A program made the position numbers and the translations under genes. From Escherichia coli (GTDB lineage: Bacteria > Pseudomonadota > Gammaproteobacteria > Enterobacterales > Enterobacteriaceae), in the NCBI RefSeq assembly GCF_001677475.2, contig NZ_CP015229.1: DNA of 64,000 bases; one strand, 5' to 3'. Below, piece by piece: positions 24,687 through 35,448 of this stretch. The notes under the pieces were generated by a model that saw only the letters and a list, made by a program, of their open reading frames with translations, ran no database searches and was not told where the DNA came from. How positions within the stretch are numbered: the first letter of the stretch is position 1; each line of letters opens with the position of its first letter.

Positions 24687-26003
24687 ATGGACTCCACGCT
24701 CATCTCCACTCGTCCCGATGAAGGGACGCTTTCGTTAAGTCGCGCCCGACGAGCTGCGTTAGGCAGTTTTGCCGGTGCCGTCGTCGACTGGTATGATTTT
24801 TTACTCTATGGCATTACCGCCGCACTGGTGTTTAATCGCGAGTTTTTCCCGCAAGTAAGCCCGGCTATGGGAACGCTCGCCGCATTTGCTACCTTTGGCG
24901 TCGGATTCCTTTTCCGTCCGCTCGGCGGTGTCATTTTCGGTCACTTTGGCGACCGACTGGGACGTAAGCGCATGTTAATGCTGACCGTCTGGATGATGGG
25001 CATCGCGACAGCCTTGATTGGTATTCTTCCTTCCTTCTCGACCATTGGGTGGTGGGCACCTATTTTGCTGGTGACACTGCGTGCCATTCAGGGATTTGCC
25101 GTCGGCGGCGAATGGGGAGGCGCAGCGTTGCTTTCCGTTGAAAGTGCGCCGGAAAATAAAAAAGCCTTTTACAGTAGCGGTGTACAAGTTGGCTACGGTG
25201 TAGGTTTACTGCTTTCAACCGGACTGGTTTCATTGATCAGTATGATGACGACCGACGAACAATTTTTAAGCTGGGGCTGGCGCATTCCTTTCCTGTTTAG
25301 CATCGTACTGGTACTGGGAGCATTGTGGGTGCGCAATGGCATGGAGGAGTCCGCGGAATTTGAACAACAGCAACATAATCAAGCGGCCGCGAAAAAACGC
25401 ATCCCGGTTATCGAAGCACTATTACGACATCCCGGTGCTTTCCTGAAGATTATTGCGCTACGACTGTGCGAGTTGCTGACGATGTACATCGTTACCGCCT
25501 TTGCACTTAATTATTCAACCCAGAATATGGGTTTACCGCGCGAACTTTTCCTTAATATAGGTTTGCTGGTCGGTGGATTAAGCTGCCTGACAATTCCCTG
25601 TTTTGCCTGGCTTGCCGATCGTTTTGGTCGCCGCAGGGTTTATATCACAGGCGCGTTGATCGGAACGTTGAGCGCATTTCCTTTCTTTATGGCGCTTGAA
25701 GCACAATCTATTTTCTGGATAGTTTTCTTCTCCATAATGCTGGCAAACATTGCGCATGACATGGTGGTGTGTGTACAACAACCGATGTTTACCGAAATGT
25801 TTGGTGCCAGTTATCGCTATAGTGGCGCTGGAGTCGGTTATCAGGTTGCCAGTGTGGTTGGTGGTGGATTTACACCTTTTATTGCCGCTGCACTCATCAC
25901 TTACTTTGCCGGGAACTGGCATAGCGTCGCCATTTATTTGCTGGCTGGATGCCTGATTTCCGCAATAACCGCTTCGTTGATGAAAGACAATCAACGCGCT
26001 TGA
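24687..26003 (+). CDS. shiA: Shikimate/dehydroshikimate MFS transporter
   Basis: 438-aa 12-TM MFS protein with the sugar-transporter signature GHFGDRLGRKRM; matches E. coli ShiA and its position upstream of amn. Confidence 0.85.
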   Translation: MDSTLISTRPDEGTLSLSRARRAALGSFAGAVVDWYDFLLYGITAALVFNREFFPQVSPAMGTLAAFATFGVGFLFRPLGGVIFGHFGDRLGRKRMLMLTVWMMGIATALIGILPSFSTIGWWAPILLVTLRAIQGFAVGGEWGGAALLSVESAPENKKAFYSSGVQVGYGVGLLLSTGLVSLISMMTTDEQFLSWGWRIPFLFSIVLVLGALWVRNGMEESAEFEQQQHNQAAAKKRIPVIEALLRHPGAFLKIIALRLCELLTMYIVTAFALNYSTQNMGLPRELFLNIGLLVGGLSCLTIPCFAWLADRFGRRRVYITGALIGTLSAFPFFMALEAQSIFWIVFFSIMLANIAHDMVVCVQQPMFTEMFGASYRYSGAGVGYQVASVVGGGFTPFIAAALITYFAGNWHSVAIYLLAGCLISAITASLMKDNQRA

Positions 26004-26104
26004 TAGTCTGGCGAAGATCATCCGATCTTCGCCTTACACTTTTGTTTCACATTCCTGTGACATACTATCGGATGTGCGGTAATTGTATGGAACAGGAGAC
26101 ACAC

Positions 26105-27559
26105 ATGAATAATAAGGGCTCCGGTCTGACCCCAGCTCAGGCACTGGATAAACTCGACGCGCTGTATGAGCAATCTGTAGTCGCTTTACGCAACGCCATT
26201 GGCAAATATATTACAAGTGGCGAATTACCTGATGAAAACGCCCGCAAACAAGGTCTTTTTGTCTATCCATCACTGACCGTAACCTGGGACGGTAGCACAA
26301 CCAATCCCCCCAAAACGCGCGCATTTGGTCGTTTTACTCACGCAGGCAGCTACACCACCACGATTACTCGCCCTACTCTCTTTCGTTCGTATCTCAATGA
26401 ACAACTTACGTTGCTGTATCAGGATTATGGTGCGCATATCTCTGTGCAACCCTCGCAGCATGAAATCCCTTATCCTTATGTCATCGATGGCTCTGAATTG
26501 ACACTTGATCGCTCAATGAGCGCTGGGTTAACTCGCTATTTCCCGACAACAGAACTGGCGCAAATTGGCGATGAAACTGCAGACGGCATTTATCATCCAA
26601 CTGAATTCTCCCCGCTATCGCATTTTGATGCGCGCCGCGTCGATTTTTCCCTCGCGCGGTTGCGCCATTATACCGGTACGCCGGTTGAACATTTTCAGCC
26701 GTTCGTCTTGTTTACCAACTACACACGTTATGTGGATGAATTCGTTCGTTGGGGATGCAACCAGATCCTCGATCCTGATAGTCCCTACATTGCCCTTTCT
26801 TGTGCTGGCGGGAACTGGATCACCGCCGAAACCGAAGCGCCAGAAGAAGCCATTTCCGACCTTGCATGGAAAAAACACCAGATGCCCGCATGGCATTTAA
26901 TTACCGCCGATGGTCAGGGTATTACTCTGGTGAATATTGGCGTGGGACCGTCAAATGCTAAAACCATCTGCGATCATCTGGCGGTGCTACGCCCGGATGT
27001 CTGGTTGATGATTGGTCACTGTGGTGGCTTACGTGAAAGCCAGGCCATTGGAGATTATGTACTTGCACACGCTTATTTACGCGATGACCACGTTCTTGAT
27101 GCGGTACTGCCGCCCGATATTCCTATTCCGAGCATTGCTGAAGTGCAACGTGCGCTTTATGACGCTACCAAGTTAGTCAGCGGCAGGCCAGGTGAGGAAG
27201 TTAAACAGCGGCTACGTACTGGCACTGTGGTAACCACAGATGACAGGAACTGGGAATTACGTTACTCAGCTTCTGCACTTCGTTTTAACTTAAGCCGGGC
27301 CGTAGCAATTGATATGGAAAGTGCAACCATTGCCGCGCAAGGATATCGTTTCCGCGTGCCATACGGGACACTACTGTGTGTTTCAGATAAACCGTTGCAT
27401 GGTGAGATTAAACTTCCCGGTCAGGCTAACCGTTTTTATGAAGGCGCTATTTCCGAACACCTGCAAATTGGCATTCGGGCGATCGATTTGCTGCGCGCAG
27501 AAGGCGACCGACTGCATTCGCGTAAATTACGAACCTTTAATGAGCCGCCGTTCCGATAA
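26105..27559 (+). CDS. amn: AMP nucleosidase
   Basis: 484-aa product from the internal ATG (MNNKGSGLTPAQALDKL...); the ORF track 25949..27559 is an upstream extension overlapping the shiA end; matches E. coli Amn. Confidence 0.9.
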   Translation: MNNKGSGLTPAQALDKLDALYEQSVVALRNAIGKYITSGELPDENARKQGLFVYPSLTVTWDGSTTNPPKTRAFGRFTHAGSYTTTITRPTLFRSYLNEQLTLLYQDYGAHISVQPSQHEIPYPYVIDGSELTLDRSMSAGLTRYFPTTELAQIGDETADGIYHPTEFSPLSHFDARRVDFSLARLRHYTGTPVEHFQPFVLFTNYTRYVDEFVRWGCNQILDPDSPYIALSCAGGNWITAETEAPEEAISDLAWKKHQMPAWHLITADGQGITLVNIGVGPSNAKTICDHLAVLRPDVWLMIGHCGGLRESQAIGDYVLAHAYLRDDHVLDAVLPPDIPIPSIAEVQRALYDATKLVSGRPGEEVKQRLRTGTVVTTDDRNWELRYSASALRFNLSRAVAIDMESATIAAQGYRFRVPYGTLLCVSDKPLHGEIKLPGQANRFYEGAISEHLQIGIRAIDLLRAEGDRLHSRKLRTFNEPPFR

Positions 27560-27619
27560 TAAGTTCTGAACCTTCTTATCAAAAATAGATGTGAAGGATT
27601 AAGTAAGACATCTGGCAAA

Positions 27620-27648
27620 TAGCCCGCAATAAACGCGGGCTGTTTGCT
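27620..27648 (+). terminator. Terminator-like hairpin after amn
   Basis: agcccgc-aataaac-gcgggct followed by a T-rich run. Confidence 0.5.
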
Positions 27649-27901
27649 TCCTTGGGCGGATACGAGTTTTATTATCGTCTTAATGATTTCCACATATTAA
27701 AAGCAAGTATGCTTTCAAAACACAATTATAAAAAATTCCGCCAACAATATAAGTTTTTATAAAATTAAATATAAGATTATGGCTTTAGAATATTTTTATT
27801 TCTAATAGACGAGATTTTTCCTGTTATGATATAATATGCCGAATTAACACATGTTAACGATTTACCAGTAATGTAAATAAATTTTCGAGGAGATCATTCC
27901 A

Positions 27902-28618
27902 GTGGGACGTAAATGGGCCAATATTGTTGCTAAAAAAACGGCTAAAGACGGTGCAACGTCTAAAATTTATGCAAAATTCGGTGTAGAAATCTATGCCGCT
28001 GCCAAACAAGGTGAACCCGATCCAGAATTAAACACATCTTTAAAATTCGTTATTGAACGAGCAAAGCAGGCACAAGTTCCAAAGCATGTTATTGATAAAG
28101 CAATTGATAAAGCCAAAGGCGGCGGAGATGAAACGTTCGTGCAGGGCCGTTATGAAGGCTTTGGTCCTAATGGCTCAATGATTATCGCTGAGACCTTGAC
28201 TTCCAATGTTAACCGTACGATTGCTAACGTTCGCACAATTTTCAATAAAAAAGGCGGCAATATCGGAGCGGCAGGTTCTGTCAGCTATATGTTTGACAAT
28301 ACGGGTGTGATTGTATTTAAAGGAACAGACCCTGACCATATTTTTGAAATTTTACTTGAAGCTGAAGTTGATGTTCGTGATGTAACTGAAGAAGAAGGTA
28401 ATATTGTTATTTATACTGAACCTACTGACCTTCATAAAGAAATCGCGGCTCTAAAAGCAGCTGGAATCACTGAGTTCTCAACAACAGAATTAGAAATGAT
28501 TGCTCAATCTGAAGTTGAGCTTTCCCCAGAAGATTTAGAAATCTTTGAAGGGCTTGTTGATGCCCTTGAAGATGACGACGATGTTCAAAAAGTTTATCAT
28601 AACGTCGCAAATCTCTAA
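27902..28618 (+). CDS. yeeN: YebC/PmpR-family probable transcriptional regulator
   Basis: 238 aa, GTG start, N-terminal [11 protein letters not shown] typical of the YebC family; position matches yeeN. Confidence 0.85.
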   Translation: MGRKWANIVAKKTAKDGATSKIYAKFGVEIYAAAKQGEPDPELNTSLKFVIERAKQAQVPKHVIDKAIDKAKGGGDETFVQGRYEGFGPNGSMIIAETLTSNVNRTIANVRTIFNKKGGNIGAAGSVSYMFDNTGVIVFKGTDPDHIFEILLEAEVDVRDVTEEEGNIVIYTEPTDLHKEIAALKAAGITEFSTTELEMIAQSEVELSPEDLEIFEGLVDALEDDDDVQKVYHNVANL

Positions 28619-29071
28619 TTATATTTTAAAGAAATCTGTCTTTATGGCAGATTTCTTTAATCTCATATAATTCTTATAAAAAATATAATATTCAACTCGT
28701 CATATTGATTATAAAAATACCGGTCCCAGAGAAATAATATTTATTAAATTTCCAGGTTTTCTTTTTCTGATTACAGAAGACAAAGTGGCAATTACGTTTA
28801 GTTTCCCGATAAAAACGCGACAGCAACATCCCGCATAAGGCATTTTTCTCTTTATCTTTGTACGATACTTCATGGAACAGAGTTTTTGACCTTGTGAATC
28901 GTGATGTCTGTTGGGGAGGGGCAATTTGCTCACTGAAGCGTGAGACTCGATTAAGCGCACGAAACACAGAAATCAAAAAACCCGGTCACTTTTTTACAAG
29001 GTAACCGGGTAAAAATAATTTTTATTTTTTAATTGTTTTGAGACTCATAGAGATGTCTCAAAACTAAAATT

Positions 29072-29147
29072 TGGCTCCTCTGACTGGACTCGAACCAGTG
29101 ACATACGGATTAACAGTCCGCCGTTCTACCGACTGAACTACAGAGGA
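29072..29147 (-). tRNA. asnW: tRNA-Asn (GUU)
   Basis: Exact reverse complement of the 76-nt asnT sequence. Confidence 0.95.
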
Positions 29148-29247
29148 ATCGTGAGAACGAGGCGAATATTAGCGATGCCCATCCACAATGTCAAAGCCTG
29201 TTTTTTAAATTTGAAATCGTTTGCTGAAATAATCTGCATTTTGTCGT

Positions 29248-30888
29248 TTATTCCGACACAACTGGCTTTTTTTCACACTTTTGCGGCTCGGGTCGAGGGT
29301 ATTTCCATAGCCAACGTCCAGTAACCATTCGCCAGTAAAACAGCACGGCCCGCACAGCCCAGTCGGCAAACATTCCCATCCAGACACCAACCACACCCCA
29401 GCCAAGCATGATTCCCAGCACATAACCGACTACAACCCGGCAACCCCACATGCTCAACATAGAAACCCACATGGCGTAACGGGCATCACGAGCACCTTTA
29501 AATCCAGCGGGTAGCACCCATGAGGCGGACCAAATAGGCATAAATAAAGCATTTAGCCAAATCAGAATCACAACGACATGTTTAACCTGTGGATCCTGGG
29601 TGTAAAACGATGCCATAAGCCCGGCAAAGGGAGCCGTTAGCCAGGCGATGGCCGTTAACCCAAGAGTGGACAGCCAGAACACATGCCGCAACTGAATCTC
29701 TGCTTGCGCTATCTGCCCTACCCCCAACCTTCGGCCTGTAATGATCGTAGAAGCAGAGCCGAGCGCACTTCCGGGTAAGTTGATAAGAGCCGCAATTGAA
29801 AACGCGATAAAATTTCCGGCAATAACACTGGTCCCCATCCCGGCAACGAACATTTGGGTTAATAACCGACCACTGGTAAATAACACTGATTCGACACTCG
29901 CGGGAATACCAATCCCCATGACTTCCCAGATAATGCTAAAATTCAGCGGTTTAAAATAGCTCTTTAACGAAATCCTTAGCGCAGGATTAAAACCAATCGC
30001 CAGCACCCACAAAATTGCAACTGCGCCAATATAACGAGAAATGGTTAAACCCAACCCAGCCCCGACAAATCCCAGTCCCGGCCAGGAGAAAAGGCCGTAA
30101 ATCAATATGCCGCTAATAATAATATTAAGAATATTCAGGCTACCGTTAATCAGTAGCGGTATTTTCGTATTCCCTGCACCACGAAGTGCCCCGCTACCAA
30201 TTAGAGTGATGGCAGCTGCTGGATAACTGAGTACCGTCAGCTCCAGATAAGTCAACGCCAGTGCTTTAACTTCTGTCGTGGCATCACCCGCGACGAAATC
30301 AATAATTTGCTCGCCAAAATGATGAATAAGCGTTGCCAACAGTACGGCAAACAACGTCATGATCACCAATGACTGCCGCGTCGCCACCCTCGCTCGTCGT
30401 CGATCCCGCTTACCGAGACTAAATGCCACAACGACAGTAGTACCAAGATCGATAGCAGCAAAAAAAGCCATAATGACCATATTGAAGCTGTCCGCCAATC
30501 CCACGCCGGCCATCGCATCTTTTCCCAGCCAGCTGACCAGAAAAGTGCTCAGGACCCCCATCAGCAGGACACAGGCATTCTCCATGAAGATAGGAACAGC
30601 AAGCGGGGTTATCTCGCGCCAGAACAACACTTTGTAGCTCTTGCGTTTAGCGTGCCAGCGAGTGCCGTGAACAACCTGGCGTAAAGCAGAGGAGATATTC
30701 AAAGCCGACCTTAATTGCAGAAAGTGAAACCACATTTCAAATGATGAGGGAGAATCAGCAAAGCTGCAAAGATTTTCGCCAACAAATTGTCTGCAAATGC
30801 AACAAACTGTTGATAGAAACGGCAAACAGTTGGGGAATTTAAAAATCGGGTTTGACAAAAGATTTTTCGCCGTTAAGATGTGCCTCAA
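29248..30888 (-). CDS. yeeO: MATE-family multidrug/flavin efflux transporter
   Basis: 546-aa polytopic membrane protein, 12 TM helices, MATE-like; position between asnW and asnU as in E. coli; the true start may be an internal Met. Confidence 0.8.
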   Translation of the reverse strand: MRHILTAKNLLSNPIFKFPNCLPFLSTVCCICRQFVGENLCSFADSPSSFEMWFHFLQLRSALNISSALRQVVHGTRWHAKRKSYKVLFWREITPLAVPIFMENACVLLMGVLSTFLVSWLGKDAMAGVGLADSFNMVIMAFFAAIDLGTTVVVAFSLGKRDRRRARVATRQSLVIMTLFAVLLATLIHHFGEQIIDFVAGDATTEVKALALTYLELTVLSYPAAAITLIGSGALRGAGNTKIPLLINGSLNILNIIISGILIYGLFSWPGLGFVGAGLGLTISRYIGAVAILWVLAIGFNPALRISLKSYFKPLNFSIIWEVMGIGIPASVESVLFTSGRLLTQMFVAGMGTSVIAGNFIAFSIAALINLPGSALGSASTIITGRRLGVGQIAQAEIQLRHVFWLSTLGLTAIAWLTAPFAGLMASFYTQDPQVKHVVVILIWLNALFMPIWSASWVLPAGFKGARDARYAMWVSMLSMWGCRVVVGYVLGIMLGWGVVGVWMGMFADWAVRAVLFYWRMVTGRWLWKYPRPEPQKCEKKPVVSE

Positions 30889-30895
30889 CAGCGAT

Positions 30896-30971
30896 TCCTC
30901 TGTAGTTCAGTCGGTAGAACGGCGGACTGTTAATCCGTATGTCACTGGTTCGAGTCCAGTCAGAGGAGCCA
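30896..30971 (+). tRNA. asnU: tRNA-Asn (GUU)
   Basis: Identical 76-nt tRNA-Asn sequence. Confidence 0.95.
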
Positions 30972-30979
30972 AATTTCTA

Positions 30980-31009
30980 AAAAGCCCGCTTTTTTAGCGG
31001 GCTTTTTGC
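30980..31009 (+). terminator. Intrinsic terminator after asnU (probably bidirectional, abuts the cbl stop)
   Basis: aaagcccgc-ttttttag-cgggcttttt. Confidence 0.7.
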
Positions 31010-31429
31010 TATATCTGATAATCAATTTCCTCTTCACTGTTTTCCATCACCTGCCGCTTAATATCCTCAACTGACAGTCCTGCATTACAAAGTTCCAGAA
31101 AGCGCCAGACATAGTTACGCTGAAGTTGTCCTCGCTTGAGTCCCAACCAGACAGTATTAGCATCAAAAAGATGCCGCGTATCCAGGCGGATTAGATTCTC
31201 TTCCTCTTGTTCGCCGCTGGATTGTTCGGCAACTAATCCGATCCCAAGCCCAAGAGCAACATAGGTTTTAATGACATCAGAATCCTGCGCACTTAATACA
31301 ATATCTGCCAGCAAACCTTTGCGGGCAAATGCGTCATCAATACGTGAGCGCCCCGTAATCCCCTGTCGGTAAGTGATTAACGGCCACTTCGCTATTGATT
31401 CCAGCGTCAATGGTGAAATTTGCGTCAAG
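31009..31429 (-). pseudogene. cbl: cbl 3-prime fragment (C-terminal about 135 codons of the LysR-family sulfonate-utilisation regulator Cbl), separated from its 5-prime part by an IS insertion
   Basis: Translation TQISPLTLESIAKWPLITYRQGITGRSRIDDAFARKGLLADIVLSAQDSDVIKTYVALGLGIGLVAEQ... continues the reading frame of the 5-prime fragment at 33840..34375 exactly across the IS. Confidence 0.85.
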
Positions 31430-31522
31430 TATGAGACGACAATAACTCAGTCCGCCTGGCGCCGATTATTCTGGCCGGTTTTGTAACCTGAGTGTCATTT
31501 ACATGATCCAACAGGAAATGGC

Positions 31523-33022
31523 GTGACGCTCAATACTTCTCAGGTCAGTTACTATATGACTCAGCGTAAGAAAGGTATAACTCAGCATATCTCGGCCATG
31601 AAGGCTGGTATCTCAGTCCGTTCTGGTCGTCGGATCGAAAAAGGAGAGTGGGCAAAAAACAGTGTTCGGCACTGGCGCACACGCAAAGATCCTCTGGAAG
31701 CTGTGTGGGACAGCATGCTTGTTCCTCTGTTGAAAGAGAGGCCGGCTCTGACACCAACAACTCTACTGGAGATGCTACAGGATAAATATCCCGGCCAGTA
31801 CCCCAACAGCCTTCGAAGAACAATGCAACGGCGGGTTCGCGAATGGAAACTACAGTATGGTACAGAGCAGGAGGTCATGTTCCGCCAGCAACATCAGCCC
31901 GGCCTGCGAGGCCTGTCGGACTTTACTGAACTGAAAGGTGTAGTTGTCACCATCGCCGGTAAGTTGTTGGCGCATAAGTTGTATCACTTCCGTCTGGAAT
32001 GGAGCCACTGGAGCTGGATGCGGGTTGTTCTGGGTGGTGAGAGCTTCTCTGCTCTGGCTGAAGGCCTGCAGGAAGCCCTCGGACAACTGGGCGGAGTGCC
32101 GGTAGAACATAAAACGGACAGCCTGAGGGCAGCATGGAAACAACAGGGCGAAGATGGACGCCGCGAGCTGACTGAGCGTTATGCTACTCTCTGTCAGCAC
32201 TACGGAATGCAGGGCGTACACAATAATGCCGGTCGGGGCCACGAAAATGGCTCGGTTGAAAGTGCCCACGGACATCTGAAAAGGCGTATCTGTCAGGCGC
32301 TGATACTGCGGGGCAGTAACGACTTCAGCACCATAGAAGAATATCAGGCCTTCATCACTCAGCAGGTTATGCGGCACAACCGTAACAATCAGGATCTGGT
32401 CAAGGAAGAACGTCTTCATCTGAAACCGCTGCCGCTTCGTCGCAGTGCTGACTATGATGAGCTGACTGTGAGGGTTAGTCGCAGCAGTACCATCAATGTG
32501 AAGCACGTCGTCTACAGCGTACCTTCCCGGCTTGTAGGTCAACTGTTACGGGTCAGGTTATGGGACGATCGTCTGAGCTGTTACGTTGGCAGCAGCGAGG
32601 TCATGAGCTGCCCTCGCGTCAGACCAGAAAAAGGGAAGACGCGGGCCCGTCGTATCGACTTCCGACATGTGATCGACAGTCTGGCAAAAAAGCCCGGTGC
32701 GTTCTGCCATGCAACGCTGAGAAATGACATCCTGCCGGACGATGAATGGCGGAGGCTGTGGCGTCGCTTATGTAATCATCTGGAGCCCGATATGGCAGGA
32801 AGGCTGATGGTACATGCCCTGAAACTGGCTGCAGGATACGACGATATCTCAGTCGTGGCAAAAGGTATGGAGCAGATGCTGAATACCCCGGGAAACGTGG
32901 ATCTGCACCGGCTGATGCGCTTCCTGGGTATAAAAGAAAAGGCGTTGCCGGTAGTCAATGTGATACAGCATAACCTGAGCAGTTATGAGCAACTACTGCG
33001 TGGCAAGGGAGGTTCGCAGTGA
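31523..33022 (+). CDS. istA: IS21-family transposase IstA
   Basis: 499 aa; N-terminal HTH, central DDE-type integrase core; overlaps the downstream istB by 4 bp as in IS21-family elements. Confidence 0.85.
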   Translation: MTLNTSQVSYYMTQRKKGITQHISAMKAGISVRSGRRIEKGEWAKNSVRHWRTRKDPLEAVWDSMLVPLLKERPALTPTTLLEMLQDKYPGQYPNSLRRTMQRRVREWKLQYGTEQEVMFRQQHQPGLRGLSDFTELKGVVVTIAGKLLAHKLYHFRLEWSHWSWMRVVLGGESFSALAEGLQEALGQLGGVPVEHKTDSLRAAWKQQGEDGRRELTERYATLCQHYGMQGVHNNAGRGHENGSVESAHGHLKRRICQALILRGSNDFSTIEEYQAFITQQVMRHNRNNQDLVKEERLHLKPLPLRRSADYDELTVRVSRSSTINVKHVVYSVPSRLVGQLLRVRLWDDRLSCYVGSSEVMSCPRVRPEKGKTRARRIDFRHVIDSLAKKPGAFCHATLRNDILPDDEWRRLWRRLCNHLEPDMAGRLMVHALKLAAGYDDISVVAKGMEQMLNTPGNVDLHRLMRFLGIKEKALPVVNVIQHNLSSYEQLLRGKGGSQ

Positions 33023-33774
33023 GCAATATCCATCACCTTGAACATAGCCTGCGTAAACTACGCCTGACACGAGTTGGAGCTGAATGGCACGCTCTGGAAA
33101 AACGAGCGCTGGCAGAAGGCTGGACACCATCGCGCTATCTTCTGACGCTATGCAATGAAGAACTCCTGTGGCGCGAGAGTGAAAAACTGCGTCGTTATAA
33201 AAAGGAGGCCCGGTTGCCAGTTGCCAAAACGCTGAGCGAATACGACTTCAGTCAGGTGCCGGAACTGAATGGAGCTCAGTTCCGGCAACTCTGTGAAACG
33301 ACAGACTGGGTTGATGCAGGAGAAAACGTTCTGCTGTTCGGAGCCAGCGGGTTGGGGAAAAGCCATCTGGCGGCAGCGATCGTGGATGGCGTAGTAGGTC
33401 AGGGCTACCGGGCCCGGTTCTACAGCGCAGGAGAGCTGTTGCAGGAACTACGTAAAGCCAGAGCTCAGTTGAAACTGAATGAGCTGCTACTGAAACTGGA
33501 TCGCTACCGGGTGATAGTGGTGGATGATCTTGGCTATGTCAAACGCGATAGTGCCGAAACGGGTGTGCTGTTCGAGTTAATAGCGCATCGCTATGAACGT
33601 GGGAGCCTGGTGATAACCAGTAACCATCCGTTCAGCATGTGGGGCAGCATCTTCGTGGATGAGACTATGGCGGTGGCTGCGGCAGACAGGCTGATCCATC
33701 ACGGATATATGTTCGAACTGAAAGGGGAAAGCTACAGGAAAAAGACAGCGAAGGCAGTAACAAGCGCGACTTGA
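33019..33774 (+). CDS. istB: IS21-family helper ATPase IstB
   Basis: 251 aa; Walker A GASGLGKSH and Walker B VIVVDDLGY; DnaC-like AAA+ fold typical of IstB. Confidence 0.9.
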   Translation: MSNIHHLEHSLRKLRLTRVGAEWHALEKRALAEGWTPSRYLLTLCNEELLWRESEKLRRYKKEARLPVAKTLSEYDFSQVPELNGAQFRQLCETTDWVDAGENVLLFGASGLGKSHLAAAIVDGVVGQGYRARFYSAGELLQELRKARAQLKLNELLLKLDRYRVIVVDDLGYVKRDSAETGVLFELIAHRYERGSLVITSNHPFSMWGSIFVDETMAVAAADRLIHHGYMFELKGESYRKKTAKAVTSAT

Positions 33775-33839
33775 TGTCGCCCTGAAGGGTGCGGCCAGTA
33801 TAGTTGGCGCGAGTCGGCAAAACTAGTTGACGTCTAATA

Positions 33840-34375
33840 GTCAAGGGATGATCGTGTGGAACAAGCAAACTATGGTGCCAACGAAACCACGGGAAGGCGA
33901 CGAGCTGCGGGTCATTACTCAAACGCTCGCTGGCGATACCAATATCAGCTTCACCATTTTGCAACAACGTCGCAATTTCCTGTGGCGTCCCCTGGATTAG
34001 CTCGAGCCGAACCTCCGGGAAAAGTTCGCGAAAAGCTTTAATGACCTCTGGCAAGCTATAACGTGCCTGAGTATGCGTCGTTGCAATAGTGAGAACGCCA
34101 GACGTATCGTTGGTAAACAGGTCTGCAAGCCGACGAACATTACTGGCTTCATTCAGAATACGTTCTGCAATGACCAGTAATGCTTTGCCCGGTTCAGTCA
34201 TGCCCAGCAGTCTCTTACCTCGTCGAACAAATATTTCGATGCCAAGTTCATCCTCCAGTTCCCGAATATGACGGCTGACGCCTGACTGTGAGGTAAAAAG
34301 CATATTCGCAACCTCTGTCAGGTTGTAATCCTGACGTGCAGCTTCGCGGATTATCTTTAGTTGTTGGAAATTCAC
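33840..34375 (-). pseudogene. cbl: cbl 5-prime fragment (N-terminal about 178 codons, LysR HTH and start of the substrate-binding domain)
   Basis: MNFQQLKIIREAARQDYNLTEVANMLFTSQSGVSRHIRELEDELGIEIFVRRGKRLLGMTEPGKALL... up to ...LLVPHDHPL, then the frame runs into IS sequence; the ORF track entry 33665..34375 is the artefactual read-through. Confidence 0.85.
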
Positions 34376-34476
34376 GGTAAACTCCGGGCAGTTCAGATAT
34401 CCCGTTATTGTTAAAGTCTAATGCCCGGCATAACAAATAATAAAAACCCGCATCTTATTCCATCCCGATATAACGC

Positions 34477-35394
34477 TTAGCTCACCAATTGCCACTGCCT
34501 TTTTTCCATCACTGGAGAACTAATCACTGACATTAACAACTCTTTCACTGCTTGCGCCTGTGGTGATAAGTTCGCTCTGGCGGGTAAATTTAATGACAAA
34601 GAGAGACTCATGGAAGGTGTGGTAATGCGTGACATCCACCCGTTTACTGCGCCACATAACGAACGCGCGGCCGATTCGGGTAATACTGCAACGCCCATGC
34701 CGCTGGCAATCGCTGCGGTAAGCGTGGCAATAGACTCAATTTCACCAATGACTTTTGCCGTGAGCCGCCGTAGGGAAAAAGCCTCATCAACACGAAGTCT
34801 AATAGCACTGTAATCACTGGGGAGAAAGAGGTTCATTTGCGCAATAGCATTAACATCAACGCTTTGCCCCGGGCAATCTTGAGTTCCTACCAGGAAAAGA
34901 TCTTCTTTCAGCAAAGCCTGACTGGATACACCAGCCACAGGGGAATGCTCATAAATCACCGCCATATCGAGTTGATGATTTATCAGTTTTTCGTTAAGTA
35001 CTGCACCGCTATTTTCATGAAGATAGATAACGATCTCCGGGAATTCAGCGCGAACCGCCTGTAATAAGGGCATGGTGATGGATGACGCTGCGGTTCCTGG
35101 CGCAAAGCCAATCGAGACTTGCCCCGATAATGCCTGACCAACGTTATGCACCGCCAGTTGGGCCTGCTCACACTGACGTAAAATGGCCCGCGCATGGGTA
35201 TAGAGAATTTTTCCGGCGTCTGTTGGCGTAACGCCCCGTTTTGTGCGAATCAAAAGTTGTTGATTTAACTCACCTTCCAGTGTGGCAACCTGCTGACTGA
35301 GCGCTGGTTGTGCGATATGCAATACTTCAGCAGCCTGGGTCAGGCTACCAATATCTACAATTTTTACGAAGTATTTCAGGCGTCTGAAGTTCAT
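34477..35394 (-). CDS. nac: Nitrogen assimilation control protein Nac (LysR family)
   Basis: 305 aa from MNFRRLKYFVKIVDIGSLTQAAEVLHIAQPALSQQV...; position between cbl and asnV as in E. coli. Confidence 0.85.
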   Translation of the reverse strand: MNFRRLKYFVKIVDIGSLTQAAEVLHIAQPALSQQVATLEGELNQQLLIRTKRGVTPTDAGKILYTHARAILRQCEQAQLAVHNVGQALSGQVSIGFAPGTAASSITMPLLQAVRAEFPEIVIYLHENSGAVLNEKLINHQLDMAVIYEHSPVAGVSSQALLKEDLFLVGTQDCPGQSVDVNAIAQMNLFLPSDYSAIRLRVDEAFSLRRLTAKVIGEIESIATLTAAIASGMGVAVLPESAARSLCGAVNGWMSRITTPSMSLSLSLNLPARANLSPQAQAVKELLMSVISSPVMEKRQWQLVS

Positions 35395-35448
35395 GTTGCC
35401 TCCGGTGTTTAAGAATCGGCACAAGTGCCGCCATTACTTACAACCAGA

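Larger units (their letters stand above)
31430..33839 (+). mobile_element. IS21-family insertion sequence (about 2.4 kb) carrying istA and istB, inserted in cbl
   Basis: Imperfect terminal inverted repeats (left tatgagacgac..., right ...gtcgtctaata); flanking direct repeat gtcaag at 31424-31429 and 33840-33845; restoring one copy rejoins the cbl frame (HPLTQISPL). Confidence 0.8.

Noticed and set aside
25949-26104. N-terminal 52-codon extension of amn in the ORF track
   Set aside because: The extension overlaps the end of shiA and lacks similarity to Amn; the internal ATG gives the canonical 484-aa protein.
28692-28976. Overlapping 94-aa and 83-aa minus-strand ORFs between yeeN and asnW
   Set aside because: AT-rich intergenic DNA with Lys/Phe/Asn-rich translations and no ribosome-binding context; more likely the terminator and promoter region around asnW.
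28974-29066. Two hairpins downstream of asnW considered as its terminator
   Set aside because: The hairpin nearest the tRNA (about 29040-29066) has no U-run on either strand; the more distal one (28981-29009) does have a U-run on the minus strand but lies about 60 nt from the tRNA end, so neither was annotated with confidence.
31545-32542. Minus-strand ORFs of 92, 98 and 230 aa inside the IS element
   Set aside because: Antisense to the IstA transposase reading frame; no start or ribosome-binding context; typical shadow ORFs.
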